Positions 56,360 through 64,000 of a DNA stretch of 64,000 nucleotides are shown here, one piece after another (the stretch's first letter is position 1; each line of letters opens with the position of its first letter). Origin of the DNA: a virus; IMG/VR virus record IMGVR_UViG_3300035698_009139; one strand, 5' to 3'. Made by a program: the position numbers and the translations under genes. Below the pieces are notes generated by a model. That model made no database searches. It worked only from the letters and a program-made list of their open reading frames with translations, and was not told where the DNA came from.

Positions 56360-58081
56360 TTGGCTATACAATTTGAGACTGTTCGTTATAAGAACTTTTT
56401 ATCCACTGGCAATGTATTCACAGAGATTCAACTAAATCGCACAACGACGACGTTGATTACTGGTGAGAATGGCGCAGGCAAGTCCACGTTGGCTGATGCT
56501 ATCTGCTTCGTGCTGTTTGGTTTACCTTACCGCGGCATCAACAAACCACAACTGGTCAACTCAATAAACAAAAAGCATCTACTCGTTGAAATTGAGTTCA
56601 ATGTTAATGGCATTGACTACCGAGTGCGCCGCGGAATCAAGCCGACTGTATTTGAAGTGTTCCGCGATGATACGCTTCTAAACCAGAATGCGAAGGCAGC
56701 AGACTACCAAGAACACTTGGAACGCCACATCCTCAATTTGAATTATCGGACGTTCAAGCAGATCGTAATCCTGGGGTCGTCGTCATTTATCCCATTCATG
56801 TCGCTGAAATCTGGGCCTCGCCGAGAAATTATTGAATCGCTGCTCGACCTACAGATCTTCACTTCGATGAATCGTCTACTGTCCGATAAATTCAAAGCAG
56901 TCAAGCGAAAGATATCTGATGCCGACCATAGCCTAATGTTGGCTACAGAGAAGCTGCAGATACATGAAGGCCATATGGCCACAATCAATCAGAGTGTTGC
57001 TGAACAGCTAGATCAGTTGAATAGTAAATTAGATGCCACGCACGCATCAATTGCTAGCAAAAGTGCGACAAGAGATAAGTTGCATCTCAAAATTGATGGG
57101 ATGAGCAAGCAGTTGTATGCATTCGCTAATACTGTACCTAAGATGGACAGAGCGCGTGGCTTGAGGGATCAAATCGTCTCCAAAAAAGACCGCGCCCTGA
57201 AACGAATTGAATTCTTCTATGATAACGATGAGTGTCCTACCTGTGCACAGAGTATCGATATTGCGTTTAAGAAAATTCAGGTGGATACGAAGAATCAATT
57301 TGTAATGGACGCAGAAGATGCCATCCGTAAAATCAAACAAACAATGGATGACTTGCTACAGGACGTGGAATCGCAAAATGATATCAATAGCCAGATCACA
57401 TCAACGAACGAGCGAATCATTGAGCTGAATACTGAGATACAAACGCTGAGCCGAGCGGGCGAGCAGATCGTTGCAGATATTGATTCAGTCAAAGAGGACA
57501 AGACCAATCTGAAAGAGAATCGGCGCGTTCAAAAGAATCTACGGCAACAGAAGAAGAACGCTGAACAGAAGCTCGCTGAAAACAAAAAGCAGCAAATCGA
57601 GCTAAATGTGTGCGGGGCTCTGTTGAAGGATAAGGGTATCAAGGCGGACATAATCAAACAGTATGTCCCTATTATGAATCAGGTCGTCAATCAGAATTTA
57701 GCTGCAATGGATTTCTTTGTTAACTTCGAGTTGGATGAAAATTTCAACGAGGTGATCAAATCCCGCCACCGAGATGAGTTTTCGTATACGTCATTCAGTG
57801 AGGGTGAGAAACAAAGAATCGATTTGGCCCTATTGTTTACGTGGCGAGCCATCGCGAAAATGAAGAACAGCATGTCAACGAATCTGCTGATACTTGACGA
57901 GACGTTTGATAGCAGCTTGGACACTACGGGTTGCGAAGACTTCTTGAAATTGATTTACAATCTTGGTGGGCAAACAAATACGTTTGTTATCAGTCATAAA
58001 GGTGATATGCTACAGGATAAATTCCATTCCAACATTAGATTTGAAAAAATCAAAGGATTCTCAAAGGTGACAGATGCTTGA
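56360..58081 (+). CDS. gp46: Rad50/SbcC-like ATPase
   Basis: GENGAGKS, CPTC hook, FSEGEK, ILDE. Confidence 0.97.
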   Translation: MAIQFETVRYKNFLSTGNVFTEIQLNRTTTTLITGENGAGKSTLADAICFVLFGLPYRGINKPQLVNSINKKHLLVEIEFNVNGIDYRVRRGIKPTVFEVFRDDTLLNQNAKAADYQEHLERHILNLNYRTFKQIVILGSSSFIPFMSLKSGPRREIIESLLDLQIFTSMNRLLSDKFKAVKRKISDADHSLMLATEKLQIHEGHMATINQSVAEQLDQLNSKLDATHASIASKSATRDKLHLKIDGMSKQLYAFANTVPKMDRARGLRDQIVSKKDRALKRIEFFYDNDECPTCAQSIDIAFKKIQVDTKNQFVMDAEDAIRKIKQTMDDLLQDVESQNDINSQITSTNERIIELNTEIQTLSRAGEQIVADIDSVKEDKTNLKENRRVQKNLRQQKKNAEQKLAENKKQQIELNVCGALLKDKGIKADIIKQYVPIMNQVVNQNLAAMDFFVNFELDENFNEVIKSRHRDEFSYTSFSEGEKQRIDLALLFTWRAIAKMKNSMSTNLLILDETFDSSLDTTGCEDFLKLIYNLGGQTNTFVISHKGDMLQDKFHSNIRFEKIKGFSKVTDA

Positions 58082-58580
58082 GCTATTGAAATCGGCCGAT
58101 CCGCGCCTGCGGCAAGAGACTAAGCCGTATGTGTTCCACGACCACTCTGATGTGCAGGCGCAGCAGATTGTTGATGCTCTTACGGAAGTCATGCGATCTA
58201 GTGGTGGGGTGGGGTTATCAGCGAATCAAATTGGAATGAAGTGGCGGGTGTTTATTATCAAAGTCGGTGATGAAATCGTGCCAATTTTTAATCCGAAACT
58301 CGTTGACACCTTCGGCGAAAACGTGTATTATGATGAAGGTTGTCTATCCTTCCCAAACCTGTTTATGAAAGTCAAACGCTTCCAAGGATTGCGTCTACGC
58401 TTTGCATCACAGAACGGTGAAGTTGATACGAAGAAATTCACAGGGATGACAGCGCGGATCATGCTGCATGAGATCGATCATTTGGACGGTGTAGTGTTTA
58501 CGGACCGGGCTAATCGTATGCAGCGTGAGCGTGGGATGAAAAAGAAGAAGCAACTAGATAGGCGAGCAAAGGCAGCATGA
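58074..58580 (+). CDS. def: Peptide deformylase
   Basis: GVGLSANQIG, EGCLS, HEIDHLDG. Confidence 0.95.
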   Translation: MLELLKSADPRLRQETKPYVFHDHSDVQAQQIVDALTEVMRSSGGVGLSANQIGMKWRVFIIKVGDEIVPIFNPKLVDTFGENVYYDEGCLSFPNLFMKVKRFQGLRLRFASQNGEVDTKKFTGMTARIMLHEIDHLDGVVFTDRANRMQRERGMKKKKQLDRRAKAA

Positions 58581-59035
58581 AATATGTATCAACAAAAACC
58601 TATAAAGACTTGGGTCCAGTGGCATATCGTCAATGGCGAGCTGAAAGTCACTGTAGGCACATTCACGGGTATTCGTTGTCATTCCACTTCGAGTTCACAG
58701 CAGATACCTTGGATGCACGAAACTGGGTTATGGACTTCGGCGGGCTCGGACCACTGAAGGATAATCTAGAAGACTGGTTCGACCATACGATGTTGGTGGC
58801 TGTTGATGACCCTGAGCGAGAAACTTTGTTAGCGCTTGCTGCAAAGGATTTGATCAAGGTAACGGAAGTGGAAAAGACCGGCTGTGAGGGGCTGGCAACA
58901 TTTCTATATGAATACATCAACACGATCTTTCTGAAAAATTACGGCGAGCAGGATCGCATCTGGTGCACTAAAGTAGAAGTGCGCGAGACTGAAAAGAACA
59001 TGGCGTATGTGACCGGGTATAGAGACATTGAGTAG
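58577..59035 (+). CDS. queD: 6-carboxy-5,6,7,8-tetrahydropterin synthase
   Basis: C..IHGY, DFG, FDH, GCE, V.E. Confidence 0.9.
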   Translation: MKYVSTKTYKDLGPVAYRQWRAESHCRHIHGYSLSFHFEFTADTLDARNWVMDFGGLGPLKDNLEDWFDHTMLVAVDDPERETLLALAAKDLIKVTEVEKTGCEGLATFLYEYINTIFLKNYGEQDRIWCTKVEVRETEKNMAYVTGYRDIE

Positions 59036-59417
59036 TATCAAGAACGACACTATGAGTGACCTCGCCGCCATAATTTGTAGAGAGATACAAATCGAAATCG
59101 ATAAAGAAATAACAGAATTACTTGCTTCTTCTGCAATAACTGGAGTGACAAAAGAACTGCCGGCCGCACCAACCGGTGATATGTTAGCTATACATAGATT
59201 CATCGGTTGGAAAGAAGACGGTCGCCAAGTGTATGGTGTTCGAGGAATGGGTCCCACTTACAAGAAATTCTACAATGAGTGGTATAACTCTACTCGAGTA
59301 GTGTGGTGCAGAGATGATTTTCCTTGGGACTACAACACTTTCACCAAACTCAGCGAAGCCGATCTAATAGATCAATGGGGCACCTATATTGAAGACATAG
59401 AGGAGGATACTGAATGA
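59028..59417 (+). CDS. Hypothetical protein with an N-terminal helix resembling a gp23 segment
   Basis: LAAIICREIQIEIDKEI vs gp23 LANILSAEILAEINREV. Confidence 0.6.
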   Translation: MSSIKNDTMSDLAAIICREIQIEIDKEITELLASSAITGVTKELPAAPTGDMLAIHRFIGWKEDGRQVYGVRGMGPTYKKFYNEWYNSTRVVWCRDDFPWDYNTFTKLSEADLIDQWGTYIEDIEEDTE

Positions 59418-60325
59418 TAGATAAAGAACACTTATACAGCGAAATCTTCTACTCGATTCAGGGTGAAGGCAAATACACTGGAGTTCCTACAGCTTGGCTG
59501 AGGTATTTCTCGTGTAACCTACAGTGTAATGGATTCGGTCAAGACTTTCCAACCAATCCATCAACACATGAGTTGCCTTACAAGGATATCAACCCGGCCG
59601 ATTACGATACGATGGAGGAATTGCCGGTGTTCGATAAGGGCTGCGATAGCTCGTATTCGTGGGCGTCCAAGTTCAAGTGCCTGCAACACAGCGACACTGC
59701 TGATGTGATTGTGGATAAGATTGCAGAAGCAGTTAGCACGGAAAGCAATCCAGAAGGGCTTTTCCACCACCCGAAAACACTGCAGCCAATTCATATGTGT
59801 TTCACAGGCGGAGAGCCAATGCTGAAAAACGCACAGCTTGCATCAGTTGAGATACTGAAACGTATGAGGGGCACATGTAATATTCCATCATCGATCACAT
59901 TTGAGACCAATGGCACTCAGCCGCTGACGGAAGAATTTACCAATCTGTTTGAAAACAAAGGGATGTTCTCAGGCGAACTATTCTTCTCAGTCAGCCCCAA
60001 ACTATATAACGTGTCTGGTGAAAAGCCAGAAAAGGCTATTAAGCCAGATGTTGTTAGACAGTATCAATATTTGTCAGGTGTCAAGAACGGCCAGCTGAAG
60101 TTCGTTGTGCGCGACAAACCCGAGGTCTGGGATGAGTTAGAAAAAGTGATCGAGCAGTTCAGATACGCCGGCGTGCAGTATCCTGTGTGGATCATGCCGG
60201 TTGGTGCTACAGTAGAAGAGCAAGAATCTTCGGCTGGCGATGTAGCAGAGAAGGCCTTCAAAAAAGGCTATAACGTAAGTTCCAGAGTGCATTGCTATCT
60301 CTGGGGAAACAAGATAGGAGTCTGA
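59414..60325 (+). CDS. queE: 7-carboxy-7-deazaguanine synthase (radical SAM)
   Basis: EIFYSIQGEG, CNLQC..GCDS, TGGEP, ETNG, SVSPK. Confidence 0.93.
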   Translation: MIDKEHLYSEIFYSIQGEGKYTGVPTAWLRYFSCNLQCNGFGQDFPTNPSTHELPYKDINPADYDTMEELPVFDKGCDSSYSWASKFKCLQHSDTADVIVDKIAEAVSTESNPEGLFHHPKTLQPIHMCFTGGEPMLKNAQLASVEILKRMRGTCNIPSSITFETNGTQPLTEEFTNLFENKGMFSGELFFSVSPKLYNVSGEKPEKAIKPDVVRQYQYLSGVKNGQLKFVVRDKPEVWDELEKVIEQFRYAGVQYPVWIMPVGATVEEQESSAGDVAEKAFKKGYNVSSRVHCYLWGNKIGV

Positions 60326-60329
60326 GAAA

Positions 60330-61256
60330 TTGGGTATTGACTATTCTGGTAAAATGCCAGACTTGAAATTTGAATATGATGAAGCCCACGTTCCTGATCT
60401 GGAGAATCTACCTGACCCACAAGTAGACCCAATCATTCCTGGTGCACGTGTACCGATTCGTAAAGTCGGTATAGCGCCAGTTGATCTACCAATCATGGTT
60501 AAACGTCGTGATGGTACAACACAACAACTCCAAGCTCAGGCATCGTTGTACTGCTCATTGGACGATCCCGAAGCGAAGGGATTGAATCTATCACGCCTAT
60601 ATCTGATCATGCACGAAACGATCAAAGACCATTTGACGATCGAGGGATTGTCTGGCGCACTGAAACAATTGGCTGAAAAGCAGCACAGTAAGCATGCGTA
60701 CTGCAAGCTTCGGTTCAAGTATCCTTGGACGCAAGAGGCTTTACGTACTAAGGGCCTGCGTGGCCACATCGCATACGAGTGTGAAGTAGAAGCACAGCTG
60801 CATGACGGCGAGTATCGATTCTTTTTGACAGTTGATTACGTATACAGTAGCACATGTCCTTGTAGTTTCGAGTTAGCACATGATGCTACTTCGAAGCGCA
60901 ATGCAGCAGCGAATGCGCATTCCCAACGCAGCCACCTCAAGACCAAGATTGAATTCAGCTTGGACAATATTGTGTGGATCGAGGATCTGGTTGATCTATG
61001 TCGCCTGCATATTCCCACGGAGGTTCAAATCGTAGTTAAGCGAGCTGATGAGCAGGCGTTTGCAGAATTGAATGGAGCTAACCTTTTATTCAGTGAAGAC
61101 GTATGTCGTCTGATGTATGCAGCATTAGATAATTGGTTCGATGCTGGTGTGATCAGTGATTTCAGCATTGTTGTGTCACATGAGGAAAGCCTGCATCCTT
61201 GGAACGCTGTGGCTGTTACCAGCAAGTATAGTAATGATATGGGAGCACTGATGTGA
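60330..61256 (+). CDS. folE2: GTP cyclohydrolase type IB
   Basis: STCPCS, AHSQRS, VKR.DE, F.ED, ES.H. Confidence 0.9.
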   Translation: MGIDYSGKMPDLKFEYDEAHVPDLENLPDPQVDPIIPGARVPIRKVGIAPVDLPIMVKRRDGTTQQLQAQASLYCSLDDPEAKGLNLSRLYLIMHETIKDHLTIEGLSGALKQLAEKQHSKHAYCKLRFKYPWTQEALRTKGLRGHIAYECEVEAQLHDGEYRFFLTVDYVYSSTCPCSFELAHDATSKRNAAANAHSQRSHLKTKIEFSLDNIVWIEDLVDLCRLHIPTEVQIVVKRADEQAFAELNGANLLFSEDVCRLMYAALDNWFDAGVISDFSIVVSHEESLHPWNAVAVTSKYSNDMGALM

Positions 61257-62017
61257 TTAGTCGAGATGCAAAACGGGTATTGGCTGGTAAGATTTGGCAT
61301 GCTATGTATCCCAACAAGAACTTTTTTGACAACGAGAGTGGCATGTGGTCCGCTGGTGACAAAGAGCGAAGGATGTTTGCGTTGATCGATGAAATTGAAC
61401 CAGTGATGCGAGATCTATTCGGCCCATCGGCGGCCGAGAAAGCCTCAGATTTTCCTACTAATTCAATTGGGTCGATACCAAACATGGCTCCTACCCCACC
61501 ACCTATGGTAATCCTGGGCCCTATAGATACATCTAATGTGCAGCGTCACGACAATATAACAACAGCGGCCGTTCCACCAACAAACAACATGAAAGCTGTT
61601 TGGGTGACGTTTCAGAAAGAAGGCATGCACTGCTATCCGGATGCTGAGTATCTACCAGGCGTCGAGTTCCTATCATATCCACACCGCCACATCTTCAAGT
61701 TTAAGGTATGGATCCAGGTGTTCGATGACGATCGGGACATTGAGTTCATCCTATTTAAGCGAGAACTGGAAGCGCTGTATACTGGCTCTGTGCTCGAGTT
61801 AGATCACAAGTCTTGTGAGATGATTTCTGATGATCTTGCGGGGTATATTAAAGATAAATACGTGGGTCGCCACTTGCAGATTGAAGTCAGCGAGGATGGC
61901 GAGAACGGTAGTACATGCACATATGGAGTGACAAATGCAGAATTACAAGAGTTTCATCGCCGAGGAAGACAAAAAGCACATGACCCGATGGATCCAAAAA
62001 CAGGTTCATCAGACTGA
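61253..62017 (+). CDS. dpdL: QueD-like T-fold protein, probable CDG decarboxylase, with N-terminal extension (core from ~61589)
   Basis: LSYPHRHIF (LxxxHRHxF), DR..EFI, SCE, EDGENG; located in the deazaguanine cluster. Confidence 0.65.
   Translation: MISRDAKRVLAGKIWHAMYPNKNFFDNESGMWSAGDKERRMFALIDEIEPVMRDLFGPSAAEKASDFPTNSIGSIPNMAPTPPPMVILGPIDTSNVQRHDNITTAAVPPTNNMKAVWVTFQKEGMHCYPDAEYLPGVEFLSYPHRHIFKFKVWIQVFDDDRDIEFILFKRELEALYTGSVLELDHKSCEMISDDLAGYIKDKYVGRHLQIEVSEDGENGSTCTYGVTNAELQEFHRRGRQKAHDPMDPKTGSSD
61853..61860 (+). promoter_or_regulatory. Late-promoter variant inside the dpdL-like gene
   Basis: GATAAATA, the same variant as the intergenic one at ~29071; 75 nt upstream of the hidden ORF. 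Confidence 0.45.
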
Positions 62018-62114
62018 GCGTCCCCACGACGAAATCCGTACCGAATTTAAAAAGAAGTACGGCGATAAGCACCTGACACATTTTGACAGTACGGTGCAAC
62101 ACGAAGTCGGCTAA
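61935..62114 (+). CDS. 59-aa putative internal head protein (not in ORF track)
   Basis: GGAG RBS; MQNYKSFIAE capsid-targeting-like N-terminus; fills the gap before the dpdA-like gene. Confidence 0.7.
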   Translation: MQNYKSFIAEEDKKHMTRWIQKQVHQTERPHDEIRTEFKKKYGDKHLTHFDSTVQHEVG

Positions 62115-62135
62115 CATTTGAAAGGCCTTTTTATT

Positions 62136-63005
62136 ATGATTAATTTTTGCCACATTTCACCACCGAAGTTTCAAATCGATTGCGAATGGATTATGCCCAA
62201 CCAGTTGATGCTAGCCCACTTGCTGGAAGATGAGCACGGTGATTACGCCACATTGCATAATGGTATATCGGCACGGAATGCTGGTCTACGCATCATGGAC
62301 AACAGCGCGTTTGAGATGTTCATGGAGGACCGGCCGATGTTCAGTGAGAGCAAGTTGCTTGAACTCGGCCGCCGCTGCAAAGCAGAATACCTCGTGATGA
62401 CGGATTACCCACTAGAGCCGTCGATCAAGACAATAAATGTAGCATGCAATCAGGGCCCCCAATTCCACGAGGCCGGGTTCAAAACATTCTTCGTACCCCA
62501 ATCAGAGCTCGGAGATCTTGAGGATTTTATTACAGCGTTTGCATTCGGCTGTGTGTCTCCCCACGTTGATATGATTGGTGTCAGTATTCTTGCAGCTCCC
62601 CACGCATTAGGGATTGATGCCAAGAACAAGGGGCCCAACAGATACTTATCCAGAACGGTGTTAATGCAAAAACTCAGAAGTAGAGGACTGCTGGATCTTG
62701 CTGCCAACAATGGCAAAAAGATCCATATGCTCGGGATGACGGATGGCCCAAGAGAAATTCAATTGATGCACAATGCTCGTCTCACTGGTGGTATATACAG
62801 TTGGGATTCTAGCGCGGCGGTTTGGGCAGGGATGAATGGGATTGTATTCGATGATTCCCCGACCGGGCTAATCAATGGTAAATTTGAAACACCAGTTGAT
62901 TTTGGGTATAGCGATGAAATATCTGAGGCCGCCCGCAACATGGCTATGCACAATTGCAGAGTGATGCGTCGATATTGTGAAGGAAAGTTTAACGATGGCG
63001 AATGA
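62136..63005 (+). CDS. dpdA: TGT-fold DNA-guanine transglycosylase (DpdA family)
   Basis: MDNSAFE, HMLG and SWDSS motifs of TGT-like barrels; cluster context. Confidence 0.65.
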   Translation: MINFCHISPPKFQIDCEWIMPNQLMLAHLLEDEHGDYATLHNGISARNAGLRIMDNSAFEMFMEDRPMFSESKLLELGRRCKAEYLVMTDYPLEPSIKTINVACNQGPQFHEAGFKTFFVPQSELGDLEDFITAFAFGCVSPHVDMIGVSILAAPHALGIDAKNKGPNRYLSRTVLMQKLRSRGLLDLAANNGKKIHMLGMTDGPREIQLMHNARLTGGIYSWDSSAAVWAGMNGIVFDDSPTGLINGKFETPVDFGYSDEISEAARNMAMHNCRVMRRYCEGKFNDGE

Positions 63006-63279
63006 GAAACCAGCATTTCGGTTCGAAGAAGATACCAACATACAAGAGGTGTTGGATTATATAGGATCGACGTACGACCAGCATTATGTTGGCGGGAATG
63101 ACCTACAGACAGTTGATGTTTGGGAGATGATGAATATCGCCCAGGAGATGTGCCAGGGTACTGCAGTCAAGTATCTGGCTCGGTTTGGTAAGAAGGAAGG
63201 CCTGAACCGCAAAGACTTGTTGAAGTGCGCCCACTACGTAATCCTTCTGATGCATTTTGCAGGCAAGGAGGATAGCTGA
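62995..63279 (+). CDS. DUF3310-type protein (nucleotide kinase-like)
   Basis: HY, KY..R.GKK, DL.K..HY. Confidence 0.75.
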   Translation: MANEKPAFRFEEDTNIQEVLDYIGSTYDQHYVGGNDLQTVDVWEMMNIAQEMCQGTAVKYLARFGKKEGLNRKDLLKCAHYVILLMHFAGKEDS

Positions 63280-63797
63280 TGTTTGTTCATCCAAAAAGTA
63301 AATCTAACACCAGAATATCAGCACCACACGTATGGCCAATAGAAGACAATCAAATTCAGCCAAATGCAGTAGATCTGCGCGTGGATAAGATATACCAACA
63401 GAGGGGCTTTTTTGCACTGACTAAAGCCCACACCGAGCACAGAGATAAAAAAGAATTGAATCCTGATTGGGATAGCTCCAATGATATCAGCTTATTCAAA
63501 TTGGTACCTGGCGCGTACGAGGTCACGTTCTTGGAAACGGTCAAAATGGCCGATGATGAGCTTGGATGGGTAACCCAGCGGTCGTCTCTGTTACGGAATG
63601 GGCTAACACTTACTAGCGGGTTGTACGATGCTGGGTATGAGGGACAGGTGGGTGGCTTGTTAGTGGTTAGAGGTTTTGAAGCCTACATCGAACGCCATAC
63701 TCGATTAGCCCAATTCTTAGTTGCCAAAGCAGACACGTACAAAAAGTATGAGGGGCAATATGGCGCTGGTTCAAAGCATGACGAAATTTATCAGTAA
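63279..63797 (+). CDS. dUTPase / dCTP deaminase family protein
   Basis: NAVDLR, RSS..R.G, DAGYEG, R.AQ, Y.GQY. Confidence 0.85.
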   Translation: MFVHPKSKSNTRISAPHVWPIEDNQIQPNAVDLRVDKIYQQRGFFALTKAHTEHRDKKELNPDWDSSNDISLFKLVPGAYEVTFLETVKMADDELGWVTQRSSLLRNGLTLTSGLYDAGYEGQVGGLLVVRGFEAYIERHTRLAQFLVAKADTYKKYEGQYGAGSKHDEIYQ

Positions 63798-64000
63798 CGT
63801 ATTCTACTCGGCACTAGAAATAGGATTTTTAGTGGCTATGGTTGGCGTAATATGTTTTATATCTGTTCTTGATTTATATATGACGCAAAGAGATATATAC
63901 ATCGACGTTAAGCATCGACGGAGTAAAGACCGCGGCAAGACTTGGTGGCAAAAGATTTCAGAGAGATTCGGCCACGCCAAAAAGACAATGATTGAACGAA
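63778..64000 (+). CDS. Partial membrane protein (runs off the window)
   Basis: Open frame MTKFISNVFYSALEIGFLVAMVGV... to the end. Confidence 0.45.
   Translation, partial: MTKFISNVFYSALEIGFLVAMVGVICFISVLDLYMTQRDIYIDVKHRRSKDRGKTWWQKISERFGHAKKTMIER

Noticed and set aside
33326-58081. Introns, inteins or homing endonucleases in gp17, gp20, gp23, uvsW, gp46
   Set aside because: Genes are continuous and of ordinary length; no such motifs seen.
13769-63544. Numerous minus-strand ORFs opposite structural and replication genes
   Set aside because: Shadow frames of well-conserved plus-strand genes, with no RBS or motif support.
1-64000. tRNA or rRNA genes
   Set aside because: No cloverleaf or T-loop signatures noticed in the few intergenic gaps; a tRNA scan would be needed to exclude them fully.

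Overview
A 64-kb segment of a T4-like (Tevenvirinae/Kyanoviridae-style) myovirus genome; an alphaproteobacterial host is inferred, not proven. (1) ~1-13.2 kb: early/accessory region of small genes. About 13 sigma70-type promoter cassettes, several of which fold -35 against the +1 region (GTTGAC-N30-GTCAAC), drive a SprT-like protease, an AAA+ ATPase, a BTLCP/LapG-like cysteine peptidase and two tandem paralog arrays. A leftward block includes a Tad1-like sponge candidate. (2) 13.2-51.8 kb: late virion module under TATAAATA promoters, with gp8, a VrlC/DUF4815-like giant protein, a fibre/adhesin cluster, gp13-gp20, a 7.4-kb insert between portal and prohead core genes, gp67/gp21/gp22/gp23 and gp3. 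(3) 51.8-58.6 kb: uvsY, uvsW, gp55, gp47, gp46 and peptide deformylase. (4) 58.6-63.8 kb: a 7-deazaguanine DNA-modification cluster (queD, queE, folE2, dpdL-like, dpdA-like; no queC in the window) predicting dDG/dCDG DNA. Best leads: a 59-aa gene missed by the ORF track, with a T4-type capsid-targeting sequence and its own late-promoter variant, nested in the modification cluster; a second capsid-targeted ADP-ribosyltransferase-like protein; covarying G:T-wobble hairpin promoters; and a pervasive (A/S)-N-(T/V/G/S) motif in exposed virion proteins. All calls are from motif recognition by eye; no searches were run.
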